DNA from: Paracoccaceae bacterium
Lineage (GTDB): Bacteria; Pseudomonadota; Alphaproteobacteria; Rhodobacterales; Rhodobacteraceae
Direction: 5' to 3'
DNA length: 64,000 nt
NCBI GenBank assembly: GCA_037968835.1
Contig: JBBKWG010000106.1
Coordinates: 7,419-71,418, forward strand
Below the pieces are notes generated by a model. It saw only the letters and a list, made by a program, of their open reading frames with translations, was not told the origin of the DNA and did not search any database. The position numbers and the translations under genes are program-made. Positions 54,940-64,000 of the stretch are shown here, one piece after another. Numbering within the stretch: position 1 is the stretch's first letter; the number at the start of each line of letters is the position of its first letter.

Positions 54940-55785
54940 ATGTCCGACTGGATCCGTGAAAGCCTGCATCCCGACTATGCTCAGACGCTGAAGGCGGAAA
55001 GGATGCTATACGACAGCAAGACCGAAAAGCAGCGGTTGCAGGTGTTCGAGAACGGGACGTTCGGGCGCGTGTTGGCGCTGGATGGCGTCGTCCAGACGAC
55101 CGAGCGCGACAACTTCATCTATCACGAGATGCTGACCCACGTGCCGATCCTCGCCCATGGCGCAGTCAACCGTGCCCTGATCGTCGGCGGTGGCGATGGC
55201 GGGATGGCGCGGGAAGTCCTCAAGCATCAGACTATCGAGCAAGTCACGATGGTCGAAATCGACGCCGGAGTTGTCGACTTTTCGCGCGAATACCTTCCGA
55301 TGCTCAGCAATGGCGCTTTCGACGATCCTCGCCTGAACGTCGTGATCGCGGATGGTGCCGACTTCATGCGCGAAACGCCGGGTGGCTTCGACGTCATCAT
55401 TGTCGATTCGACCGATCCGATCGGACCCGGTGAGGTGCTGTTTACTGACACGTTCTACGGCCACGCGGCGCGCGCGCTCTCCGATGGCGGCATTCTGGTC
55501 ACTCAGAACGGCGTGCCGTTCCTTCAGGGCGACGAACTAACCAATTCCATGCGTGCATTCAGCGCGCTGTTCTCCGATTGGGCCTGTTATACGGCGACGA
55601 TCCCGACCTACGCGGGCGGTCCGATGGCGTTTGGCTGGGGCACGAACGGCGACGCGCGGCATTCCCAGATAATGGACCTCGAAGTGCGCTTCGCGGCGTC
55701 CGGAATCACCACGGAGTACTACACGCCCGCCGTCCATCAGGCCGCCTTCGCGCTGCCAGCCTATATCGAGAAGCTGCTGCCATGA
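54940..55785 (+). CDS. speE: Polyamine aminopropyltransferase (spermidine synthase)
   Basis: LIVGGGDGGMAREVLKH and DVIIVDSTDPIGPG motifs. GAAGGAG sits upstream of ATG 54940. Confidence 0.85.
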   Translation: MSDWIRESLHPDYAQTLKAERMLYDSKTEKQRLQVFENGTFGRVLALDGVVQTTERDNFIYHEMLTHVPILAHGAVNRALIVGGGDGGMAREVLKHQTIEQVTMVEIDAGVVDFSREYLPMLSNGAFDDPRLNVVIADGADFMRETPGGFDVIIVDSTDPIGPGEVLFTDTFYGHAARALSDGGILVTQNGVPFLQGDELTNSMRAFSALFSDWACYTATIPTYAGGPMAFGWGTNGDARHSQIMDLEVRFAASGITTEYYTPAVHQAAFALPAYIEKLLP

Positions 55786-56534
55786 AGATCGCCGACACAC
55801 TGGCTATCGTGACAGGCGCGGCATCCGGGCTGGGAGCGGCGACGGCGCAGGCGCTTGCCAAGGCAGGTGTCAAGGTCACCATTCTTGATCGCGATCGCAA
55901 AGGGGCCGAGACGGCAGAAACAATCGGCGCGCATTTCGTCGAAGTTGACGTAACCGACGATGCGTCAGTCACCAACGCCATCGCCAAGGCAAGCGATCTC
56001 ATGGGCGGACTTACCGCCGCAATCAGTTGCGCGGGAATCGCAGGCGCGGCGAAAATGGTTGGGCGGGACGGCCCGCACGACCTTGCGCTGTGGCAGCGCA
56101 CGCTCGATATCAACCTGACCGGCAGCTTCAACATTGCGCGCCACGCCGCGGCTGCCATGGCCACCAATGAACCCAACGAAGATGGCGAGCGCGGGATTAT
56201 CATCAACACCGCGTCCGTGGCCGCTTTCGAGGGGCAAAAGGGTCAGGCCGCCTATGCTGCTTCCAAGGGCGGTATCGCGGGAATGACGCTGCCCGCCGCG
56301 CGCGACCTCGCGTCGCTCGGGATCCGCGTCAACGCAATCGCGCCGGGGATATTCCTGACGCCGATGCTTGAAGGTCTGGGTCAGGACGTCATGGATGGAC
56401 TCGCCAAAGACGTCGTGTTCCCCAAACGCCTTGGCAATCCGTCGGAATTTGCCAGCCTGGTGATCCACATGATCGAGAACGCCTACCTGAACGGGACTGT
56501 TATCCGGCTCGACGGCGCGCTCAGGATGCCCTGA
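55782..56534 (+). CDS. SDR family oxidoreductase (3-hydroxyacyl-CoA dehydrogenase type-2-like)
   Basis: VTGAASGLGAA and YAASKGGIAGM. ATGA overlap with the speE stop. Confidence 0.85.
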   Translation: MKIADTLAIVTGAASGLGAATAQALAKAGVKVTILDRDRKGAETAETIGAHFVEVDVTDDASVTNAIAKASDLMGGLTAAISCAGIAGAAKMVGRDGPHDLALWQRTLDINLTGSFNIARHAAAAMATNEPNEDGERGIIINTASVAAFEGQKGQAAYAASKGGIAGMTLPAARDLASLGIRVNAIAPGIFLTPMLEGLGQDVMDGLAKDVVFPKRLGNPSEFASLVIHMIENAYLNGTVIRLDGALRMP

Positions 56535-56589
56535 TCGAAGCGATACCACGCCTGTTTCGCGTCGCCGCAAATCGTGCGAGTGTCGCCGG

Positions 56590-57189
56590 ATGCCGCACCA
56601 AAATCGCGTCCTTGCCACCGGAGAGTTCGTTGCCGATCCCGCACGCGGGCTGTTCATGGGCAATCGCGGAATTTTGCACGACGAGTATCAACGCATCGGG
56701 CACGTCCGCTGGCGTCACAAGGCATGGATCACCTGTCGGCTGAAATACAAAGGCTGGTTCCGAGAAATCATGCAGCTTGGAAACTATACCGAGTTGTTCT
56801 TTCTTGACGAAGCCGTCGCACTGGCCGCCGGTCACCGCCCCTGCGCGCTATGTCGTCGCGAGTAGTATACCGCCTTTCGCGACGCGCTTGGTCACAGCGG
56901 AACGGCAAAAGAACTTGACGCGCTTCTGCACGACGACCGCGCGGCACCGCGAAGTTTCGATCAAAAGCGTCACCGGGCAGCGATAAAATCACTGCCCGAC
57001 GGTGCAATCATCCTGAAAAACCGCACGCCGATGCTGGTTCAAGGCGAAAATCTGCGCCCCGTCGCGCCGAAAGGCTATGGCAAGCCGGTGCGCCGACCCA
57101 AGTCGGGGAGCGTGACCGTTCTGACCCCGAAAATGACGCTGAATGCTCTGAGGAACGGCTATTCGCCGAAACTGCACAAATCAGCCTGA
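56590..57189 (+). pseudogene. Conserved-looking hypothetical ORF interrupted by one in-frame TAG (56863-56865)
   Basis: 91 codons (..AGHRPCALCRRE) are followed by TAG. The same frame then stays open for 107 more codons (YTAFRDALGH...YSPKLHKSA) to TGA 57187-57189. Codon third positions look coding throughout. Confidence 0.5.
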
Positions 57190-58995
57190 CGCTTCGGACT
57201 TTTCAGCCAGACCAAGCCATTGTTCTTCTGCAGCTTCCAGTTTCGCCTGCCGCTCGCTCAACGCCTCGGTCGCTTTCGCGAATTTGACAGGTTCGCGAGT
57301 ATAAAGATTGGCGTCGGCCAAAAGCTCGGTCAACTTGCCGATTTCCGCTTCCAGACGTGCAATCACCGCCGGCAGCGTCTCGAACTTGTGCTTCTCGGTG
57401 AAGCTGAGCCCCTGCCCGCCTTTGCCCTGATCGGGCTTGGCGGCTTCTTCGGCTCTTGCGGCGGAAACGGGCGTGGATTGTGCGACCAGTTTCCGTTTGG
57501 GCGCATAGTCCGACCAACCACCGGCATGAACGGTGATACTTCCGTTACCTTCCATCGCGACCGTTGTTGACGCCACACGATCCAAAAAATCCCGATCGTG
57601 GCTGACCAGAAGCACGGTGCCGTCGTAGTCGCCGATCAGTTCCTGCAACAAGTCCAGCGTCTCGATATCGAGATCGTTTGTCGGCTCGTCGAGAATAAGC
57701 AGGTTGGACGGTTTGGCCATGATCCGCGCCAGCAACAGCCGCGCCTTTTCTCCGCCGGACAGCGATTTCACCGGCGCGCGAGCCTGCGCTTCGTCGAACA
57801 GGAATTCCTTCAAATAGCCGACCACGTGCTTGGGGATGCCGCGCACCATGACCTGATCCGCCCGCCCGCCGACGCGCATGTCCTTGTCGCCGGTCAGACT
57901 GTCCCAAAGCGTCGCTTCTGGATCAAGCTGTGAGCGGCGCTGATCGAACACGGCCATTTCCAGCCCCGTTCCCAGCGTGATCTTACCGCTGTCGGGCGCG
58001 CGCTGGCCGGTCAGAAGCTCAATCAACGTGGTCTTGCCCACGCCGTTGGGTCCGACAAAGGCGATCCGGTCCCCGCGCATCACCCGAAACGAAAAGTCCT
58101 GACAGATGAGCTTTCCTTCATAACGCTTTGAAATCGCGGTGGCTTCGATAACTTTCCGGCCCGATTTCGGACCGGCATCAAGCGCCATCGCGGCGGTGCC
58201 TTCGCGCCGGATCTGGGAGGCACGTTTTTCGCGCAAGGTCGCCAGCGCCCGAAGGCGTCCCTGATTGCGGGTTCGACGTGCCGAAATCCCTTCGACCGCC
58301 CACCGCGCTTCGGCCTTGATCTTGCGGTTCAGCTTGTGGCGGGCGTCGTCCTCGTCCGCCCAGATTTTCTCGCGCCACTCCTCGAAATGCTCGAAGCCCT
58401 TGTCCTGACGACGAACTGCGCCGCGGTCGATCCACAGCGTTCCGCGCGTCAGTGCCCTAAGAAACGCGCGGTCGTGCGAAATCACGACAAACGCCTGCCG
58501 CGTTTCCGCGAGCCGTGCTTCCAGCCAAAGCGTCGCTTCGATGTCCAGATGGTTCGTCGGCTCGTCAAGCAGCATCAGATCGGGCGCTTCGGCGATCAGT
58601 CTGGCCAGCGCCGCGCGCCGCCGTTCGCCGCCGGAAGCCGCCGCAACGGTGGTATCGGGGTCGAACTTCAGCCCTTCGGCCACCGCTTCAATGCGCCACA
58701 TCTCGGCATCGCCAAGTTCGCGAATGGCAAAATCGCCCAGCGTCGCGCAGCCCGCCATGTCGGGCTCTTGCTCCATGTAGCCAACTGAATCGCCCGGCGA
58801 CAGTGACCGCTCGCCCTTGTCCGGTAGATCCAGACCGGCCATTACCTTCATCAACGTCGACTTGCCCGACCCGTTGCGCCCCACCAACGCCAGACGATCG
58901 CCGCTTTGAATCACCAGCGACAAATCCTTAAGAACAGGATCGCCGCCGAATGTCAGCGAGATGTCGGTCAATTGAAGAAGTGGAGCACGTGCCAT
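57181..58995 (-). CDS. ABC-F family ATPase (Uup-like)
   Basis: Two ABC cassettes ([17 protein letters not shown] and [17 protein letters not shown]), no TM domain, and a C-terminal coiled coil. Confidence 0.85.
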   Translation of the reverse strand: MARAPLLQLTDISLTFGGDPVLKDLSLVIQSGDRLALVGRNGSGKSTLMKVMAGLDLPDKGERSLSPGDSVGYMEQEPDMAGCATLGDFAIRELGDAEMWRIEAVAEGLKFDPDTTVAAASGGERRRAALARLIAEAPDLMLLDEPTNHLDIEATLWLEARLAETRQAFVVISHDRAFLRALTRGTLWIDRGAVRRQDKGFEHFEEWREKIWADEDDARHKLNRKIKAEARWAVEGISARRTRNQGRLRALATLREKRASQIRREGTAAMALDAGPKSGRKVIEATAISKRYEGKLICQDFSFRVMRGDRIAFVGPNGVGKTTLIELLTGQRAPDSGKITLGTGLEMAVFDQRRSQLDPEATLWDSLTGDKDMRVGGRADQVMVRGIPKHVVGYLKEFLFDEAQARAPVKSLSGGEKARLLLARIMAKPSNLLILDEPTNDLDIETLDLLQELIGDYDGTVLLVSHDRDFLDRVASTTVAMEGNGSITVHAGGWSDYAPKRKLVAQSTPVSAARAEEAAKPDQGKGGQGLSFTEKHKFETLPAVIARLEAEIGKLTELLADANLYTREPVKFAKATEALSERQAKLEAAEEQWLGLAEKSEASG

Positions 58996-59057
58996 GGTCG
59001 CTCAGCTATGCCGCCGATGGTATGCCGTCAACGGGGTGCGACACGGTGTTTGGGATA

Positions 59058-59810
59058 TCAGCCCGCGACGGCCCTGAGTGCGCGCACCCGGGCCAATGGA
59101 ATCAAGCGGATTTCAAGGCCGGTGAACACGTGCAGCGTATTCAGGTCGCGATCGACGACCGCGTGATCGCTGACCCAGCCGCCCATTGTCAGGTAGGACC
59201 GCAGAAGCGGCGGCATTGACTTCAGCGCCCTCGCGCGATCCGGAACACGGCGCAGTCGTCGCGCGAACCGGAACACATCGGGCGCCTTCACTCTGGGCCA
59301 CCACCGCTTCGGAGCCAGATGCTTGTCGCGCAGCATTGCGAATGCGTCGGCGTAAACCTTTGAATCGGTGCCGTGAAACGACGAGCATCCAAACAGCATC
59401 TCGATGCCATCGCGATCGACAATCGTTGTCATTGCCGCCCAGGCAACGCGCAGGATGTCCGGATCGGCCAGACCGGGCGCAACGCAAAAGCGGCCCATCT
59501 CGACCATAGGGCCGTCGAAGGATTTGAGCGCCTCCAACTCGTAATATTGCGCGGAATAGGACCGTTCTATATCCGCCCCCGACCCCAGCGGCAGCAATCG
59601 GAATGTCGCGGCCAGAGCACCGCTTTCAACGACTTCCACCAGAACATGAAGGCAGATCCCGTCAAAAACATCCGATTCCAGCCCGTCAGGTCGAGACGCA
59701 GCGCCGGTGCCCACGACGAACGCCTGATAGCGCAACCGCTGTGCGCTCTCGATATCCTGCGGAGTTTCGGCAAGCCGGGCGCGGTATCGTCCTATCCGTG
59801 TGGTCAGCAT
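59058..59810 (-). CDS. GNAT family N-acyltransferase (OlsB / lyso-ornithine-lipid synthase-like)
   Basis: MLTTRIGRYRARLAETPQDIESAQRLRYQAF... resembles the OlsB/Acetyltransf_5 family. No adjacent olsA is seen. Confidence 0.65.
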   Translation of the reverse strand: MLTTRIGRYRARLAETPQDIESAQRLRYQAFVVGTGAASRPDGLESDVFDGICLHVLVEVVESGALAATFRLLPLGSGADIERSYSAQYYELEALKSFDGPMVEMGRFCVAPGLADPDILRVAWAAMTTIVDRDGIEMLFGCSSFHGTDSKVYADAFAMLRDKHLAPKRWWPRVKAPDVFRFARRLRRVPDRARALKSMPPLLRSYLTMGGWVSDHAVVDRDLNTLHVFTGLEIRLIPLARVRALRAVAG

Positions 59811-59917
59811 GTCGTGATCTTCACCCACTTGGTCCCCGGCGGAAAGCCCCCTAGATATAGGCGCGAAGAGCGTGCCACGAAACCCGTGGCAGCGATGCGA
59901 ATGGAAAAGGAAGCCCG

Positions 59918-60313
59918 ATGGACAAAGTCGTCAAATCCGATGCCGAATGGAAAGAGCAACTGGGCGATCTGGCCTTCAAGGTCACGCGCAAGCACGGTAC
60001 CGAACGTGCCGGAACCCACGATAACTTCTCCAAGGATCCCGGCACCTTTACATGCACCTGTTGTGGCGCGTCGCTTTTCGATCAGGCTCACAAGTTTGAA
60101 AGCGGCACCGGCTGGCCCTCATTTTTCCAACCGCTCGATTCCGAAATGGTCGGCGAACAGGAAGACAGCGGCTTTTTCATGAAGCGTACTGAAGTTCACT
60201 GCAACCTTTGCGATGCGCATCTGGGACACGTCTTTCCCGATGGCCCCAAACCGACTGGGCTGCGCTATTGCATCAACGGTGTGGCGCTCGACTTCGAGCC
60301 GCAGACCGATTGA
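59918..60313 (+). CDS. msrB: Peptide-methionine (R)-S-oxide reductase
   Basis: CxxC pairs (CTCCG, CNLCD) and the RYCINGVAL active site. Confidence 0.9.
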   Translation: MDKVVKSDAEWKEQLGDLAFKVTRKHGTERAGTHDNFSKDPGTFTCTCCGASLFDQAHKFESGTGWPSFFQPLDSEMVGEQEDSGFFMKRTEVHCNLCDAHLGHVFPDGPKPTGLRYCINGVALDFEPQTD

Positions 60314-60778
60314 TTACTGATCGTTCAGGAATTGGCCTGCATTGAAGTTGCCAAGGTTCGAGAACAACTGACGCAGGAACCCGACGCCACGGATATTGTC
60401 GTCCGTGACCCGCCGCGACAGCACCACGACCTGGCCGTCTCCCAGCCCGAAGCGTTCGATGTTTTCGACCCGCGTATCCTCGGCAAAGCTGATGACGACA
60501 ACTTCGCGGTCGACTTCGACGGGGGCGCGCCACAGGAAACGTTCGTATTCGGACCGCACGTAGTACCAGCCGCGATCGTCGACAATGCCGGCTGTACCGG
60601 GACGCCCGACAAGCCGCGCGACCGTTTCCTTGGTATCGAGACCGACCATGACATCCGAAAGCACTTCGTCGTCGGGGGCGTAGCCGTGCTTGTCGCTCAG
60701 CGTCGCGCAGGCACCGACTGCCAGGATCGCAACGCCTGCCAGAGCCGCCCGGATGGATGCGCTGCCGATACCCGTCAT
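60314..60778 (-). CDS. bamE: Outer membrane protein assembly factor BamE (SmpA/OmlA lipoprotein)
   Basis: Lipobox LAVGAC and a SmpA_OmlA-like body (GLDTKETVARLVGRPG...WYYV). Confidence 0.7.
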   Translation of the reverse strand: MTGIGSASIRAALAGVAILAVGACATLSDKHGYAPDDEVLSDVMVGLDTKETVARLVGRPGTAGIVDDRGWYYVRSEYERFLWRAPVEVDREVVVISFAEDTRVENIERFGLGDGQVVVLSRRVTDDNIRGVGFLRQLFSNLGNFNAGQFLNDQ

Positions 60779-60860
60779 GCTGCCCTGCCCCTTGCCAATC
60801 TATCCTCTCACGCCTAGTCGGCATAGCGAGAGTTCGATCCCGGTTCAAGGAGCCTCGCAC

Positions 60861-61406
60861 GTGTCCCAACCCGATCCAAATGTCGTTCTGCGACTTGCCG
60901 AGATGACCCGCGCGCGCGAATTCGCCTTGAGGCCCGATGCGGATGCGCGCGCTCAGCTTGCCGATCTGCTTGGTGTCTCCGCCATCCGAAAGCTGATGTT
61001 TACCGGATCAATTGCGCCCGAAGGCAAGCGCGATTGGCTTTTGACGGCAGAACTCGGCGCGACCGTGGTGCAGCCCTGCGTCGTCACATTCGCCCCCGTC
61101 ACGACGCGTATCGACCAGACGGTGACCCGCCGCTACCTTGCCGAAATACCAACCCTTCCGGAAGCCAGCGAAGTCGAGATGACCGACGACGAGACCGACG
61201 ACCCGCTGCCCGCAATCCTCGATCTTTCAAGTGTGATGGCCGAGGCGTTGTCACTCGCCCTGCCGGATTTCCCACGTGTCGAGGGCGCCAGTGTCGATGA
61301 CGCAGCGTTTACTGAACCCGGCAAGACAGCAATGACCGATGAAGATGCAAGACCCTTTGCGTCGTTGAAGGAATTCCGCGAAAAGCTGTCGAAAAAGGAC
61401 GACTGA
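60861..61406 (+). CDS. yceD: YceD family (DUF177) protein
   Basis: Acidic ~180-aa protein immediately upstream of rpmF-plsX-fabH, the canonical synteny. GTG 60861 is preceded by AAGGAG. Confidence 0.7.
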   Translation: MSQPDPNVVLRLAEMTRAREFALRPDADARAQLADLLGVSAIRKLMFTGSIAPEGKRDWLLTAELGATVVQPCVVTFAPVTTRIDQTVTRRYLAEIPTLPEASEVEMTDDETDDPLPAILDLSSVMAEALSLALPDFPRVEGASVDDAAFTEPGKTAMTDEDARPFASLKEFREKLSKKDD

Positions 61407-61560
61407 TCGCGCTGGAATCGCCCTTGCGTTCGAGGGGAATCGCAGTATGTTCCCGGCCTCGCCTGAACAATGGTTGGACATGGGCCGCGCCAGCGCGTAT
61501 GAGGCCCACGATTATATGAAACAAAGGGGCACGGCCCCCGTCAGATACTGAGGATGAGAC

Positions 61561-61767
61561 ATGGCTGTCCCCCAGAATAAAGTCACCAAGTCGCGCCGCA
61601 ACATGCGCCGCGCCCATGACTCGCTTGTCGCCGCTAACCCGGCCGAGTGCCCGAATTGCGGTGAACTGAAGCGCCCGCACCACGTTTGCGCCGCCTGCGG
61701 GCACTACGCACAACGCGAAGTGGTCGCTCAGGCCGACGAGATTGACCTGGACGACGACGCGGCGTAA
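61561..61767 (+). CDS. rpmF: 50S ribosomal protein L32
   Basis: [19 protein letters not shown] and CxxC...CxxC. Confidence 0.95.
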   Translation: MAVPQNKVTKSRRNMRRAHDSLVAANPAECPNCGELKRPHHVCAACGHYAQREVVAQADEIDLDDDAA

Positions 61768-61794
61768 GCGCGCCCCGCGCGCCCGGCCCTGGCG

Positions 61795-62898
61795 ATGACG
61801 GATACATCCGATCACACCAAAGGCGCATCGCGGCGTATCGTCATTTCCATTGATGCGATGGGCGGCGACCACGGACCCGTGGCCGTCGTCGCTGGCATTG
61901 CCAAAAGTGCCGAGAAGAACCCTGACATTGCGTTCATCGTTCACGGTCGCAAGGCCGAGCTCGAACCGCTCATCAAGAAGCGCAAACTGTCGGACAGGTG
62001 TGAGATCCGCGACGTGCCCGATGTCGTCACGATGGACGCGAAGCCCAGCCATGTGATGCGGAACGGCAAAGGCACGTCGATGTGGTCGGCGGTCGAAGCT
62101 CTGCGCGATGGCGAGGCCGAGGCGGTAGTGTCCTGCGGCAATACCGGCGCGCTGATGGCCGTCTCGATGTTGCGTCTGCGCAAACTGCCTGGCGTCGATC
62201 GCCCGGCGATTGCTTGCCTGTGGCCCTCGCGCAATCCCGGCGGTTTCAACGTGATGCTGGATGTGGGTGCCGATATCCGGGCCGACGAACGCGATCTGCT
62301 TCAATACGCGCTCATGGGCGGTTCTTATGCCCGTAACGGGCTTGGCATCCAACGGCCTCGCGTCGGTTTGTTGAATGTGGGAACCGAGGAACACAAGGGG
62401 CGCGCTGAAATCAAGACCGCGCACGATCTCTGCACCGAGGTTCTGCCGGGTGCCGATCTGGATTTCGTCGGCTTCGTCGAAGGCGGCGATATTCCGTCCG
62501 ACACGGTTGATGTGATCGTGACCGATGGTTTTACCGGCAACGTCGCCCTAAAAACCGGAGAAGGCACCGCGGCTTTGATCCGGTCGCTTCTGAAGGACGC
62601 GTTCGGGGCAACCCCGCTCAGCCGGATCGCGGCGCTGCTGGCGGTCTCGTCGCTTCGACGATTGACCAAGCGGATCGACCCACGCAATGTGAACGGCGGG
62701 GTTTTTCTGGGTTTGAACGGCACCGTCGTGAAATCGCACGGTTCGGCGGACGCGACCGGCGTTTCATCGGCCATCAAGCTAGCTTTTCGACTTGCTGAAA
62801 GCCGCTTCACCGAACGTCTGGCGGCACGGGTTGCATCCGCTCCGGCGGCGCGGCAGGATGCGGATGGGCAAGGGGACAAGGACGAGCACTCCGAATGA
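61795..62898 (+). CDS. plsX: Phosphate acyltransferase
   Basis: IDAMGGDHGP and GNTGALMA motifs. Confidence 0.9.
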   Translation: MTDTSDHTKGASRRIVISIDAMGGDHGPVAVVAGIAKSAEKNPDIAFIVHGRKAELEPLIKKRKLSDRCEIRDVPDVVTMDAKPSHVMRNGKGTSMWSAVEALRDGEAEAVVSCGNTGALMAVSMLRLRKLPGVDRPAIACLWPSRNPGGFNVMLDVGADIRADERDLLQYALMGGSYARNGLGIQRPRVGLLNVGTEEHKGRAEIKTAHDLCTEVLPGADLDFVGFVEGGDIPSDTVDVIVTDGFTGNVALKTGEGTAALIRSLLKDAFGATPLSRIAALLAVSSLRRLTKRIDPRNVNGGVFLGLNGTVVKSHGSADATGVSSAIKLAFRLAESRFTERLAARVASAPAARQDADGQGDKDEHSE

Positions 62899-63866
62899 CA
62901 ACACGCGCCGTTGTGCAAGGCGTCGGGCATTACTTGCCTGACCGGGTGGTCCCCAACTCCGAGTTTGAGACCAAAGTCGAGACGTCCGACGAATGGATCA
63001 AATCGCGCACCGGCATCGAGCGACGTCATTTCGCGGCCGAGGGGCAAACCACTTCGGAAATGGCAGCGCGCGCCGCGACCAATGCGCTCGCGATGGCCGG
63101 ACTGGAGCCGGATGATATCGACGCGCTGATCGTCGCGACATCGACTGCCGACCTCACCTTCCCGTCGGCCGCGACCATGGTTCAAGAAAAAATGGGGATG
63201 ACGCGGGGCTTCGCGTTCGATGTTCAAGCCGTTTGCGCGGGCTTCGTATTCGCGCTGGCAAATGCAAATGCCCTGATCGTGTCCGGACAAGCCAAACGGG
63301 CGCTGGTTATCGGTGCCGAGACCTTCAGTCGCATTCTCGACTGGGACGACCGTTCAACCTGCGTTCTGTTCGGCGACGGTGCCGGAGCGGTCATTCTGGA
63401 AATCGCGGAAGGCGACGGAAGCACCAGCGACCGCGGCATCCTGTCGATCGACCTGAATTCCGACGGGCGGCACAAGGGTATCCTGTATGTCGATGGCGGT
63501 GTTTCGACCAATTCAACCGGTCTCCTGAGGATGCAGGGCAAGGAAGTCTATCGCCACGCCGTGGAAAAACTGGCGCAAACCGCCCATACGGCTCTGGAAA
63601 AGGCGGGGTTGAGCAGCGACGATGTCGACTGGATCGTTCCGCATCAGGCGAACCTCAGAATCATCAAATCGACGGCGCAGAAAATGGGTGTCGGCATGGA
63701 ACGGGTCGTGGTGACCGTTCAGGATCATGGCAACACTTCTGCCGCATCGATTCCCCTGGCTCTGTCGGTTGGCGTCGAACGCGGCCAGATCAAACGCGGC
63801 GATCTGGTGGTGACCGAGGCGATTGGCGGCGGTTTGGCATGGGGATCGGTGGTCCTCCGCTGGTAA
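62895..63866 (+). CDS. fabH: Beta-ketoacyl-ACP synthase III
   Basis: Catalytic Cys in AVCAGFVFAL, HQANLRI, and GNTSAAS. ATGA overlap with plsX. Confidence 0.9.
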   Translation: MTTRAVVQGVGHYLPDRVVPNSEFETKVETSDEWIKSRTGIERRHFAAEGQTTSEMAARAATNALAMAGLEPDDIDALIVATSTADLTFPSAATMVQEKMGMTRGFAFDVQAVCAGFVFALANANALIVSGQAKRALVIGAETFSRILDWDDRSTCVLFGDGAGAVILEIAEGDGSTSDRGILSIDLNSDGRHKGILYVDGGVSTNSTGLLRMQGKEVYRHAVEKLAQTAHTALEKAGLSSDDVDWIVPHQANLRIIKSTAQKMGVGMERVVVTVQDHGNTSAASIPLALSVGVERGQIKRGDLVVTEAIGGGLAWGSVVLRW

Positions 63867-63958
63867 TCTCTCTTTAACCCCTATTTCCAACCTCTTGTTA
63901 TTGACTCGGAATTTCATCACGCCCATGCTCTGGGTCGAACCAAAAACAGGGGGACAAG

Positions 63959-64000
63959 ATGAGTGAGACGACGCTGACCCGCATGGATTTGAGCGAAGCA
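63959..64000 (+). CDS. ihfA: Integration host factor subunit alpha, first 14 codons only
   Basis: MSETTLTRMDLSEA is an IHF-alpha-like N-terminus. GGGGGA sits upstream. The plsX-fabH-ihfA synteny is common in Alphaproteobacteria. Very short fragment. Confidence 0.5.
   Translation, partial: MSETTLTRMDLSEA

Noticed and set aside
59373-60182. 269-aa plus-strand ORF spanning the OlsB-like gene and msrB
   Set aside because: It is antisense to the acyltransferase and out of frame with msrB. The composition is Arg/Pro/Ala-rich.

Overview
This window is 64 kb of a GC-rich alphaproteobacterial chromosome. Gene content, gene order and regulatory motifs look Rhodobacterales-like: ctrA-sciP, GAAC-N7-GAAC SOS boxes, trpG-trpD-(ung)-trpC-moaC-moeA, pyrH-frr-uppS-cdsA-dxr-rseP-bamA-skp-fabZ-lpxA-lpxI-lpxB, and yceD-rpmF-plsX-fabH-ihfA. 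I call about 60 protein genes, nearly all housekeeping. I recognised no rRNA, tRNA, CRISPR array, transposase or integrase. Most long ORFs in the track that lie antisense to, or out of frame with, these genes are GC-rich shadow ORFs. Four places depart from core content. (1) 5.76-10.92 kb holds a wHTH-TPR regulator divergent from a translationally coupled gene pair. The pair is a signal-less PAP2/haloperoxidase-fold protein with an N-terminal (GKGQ)x8 tail and a signal-less S8 subtilase. A possible small Cys-containing exported peptide lies next to them. This is my best candidate for an undescribed system. (2) 28.43-28.84 kb has an alphaproteobacterial LexA box, a 39-codon tail-anchored peptide ORF and a strong minus-strand terminator, which resembles an SOS-induced membrane peptide of the SidA/TisB type. 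(3) 49.88-50.97 kb is an A+T-richer islet between the gap and rpsI terminators, with a truncated glycosyltransferase remnant and a PD-(D/E)xK-like ORF. (4) 56.59-57.19 kb is a conserved-looking ORF interrupted by one in-frame TAG. All functional calls come from reading motifs in the translated ORFs. No database search was run.
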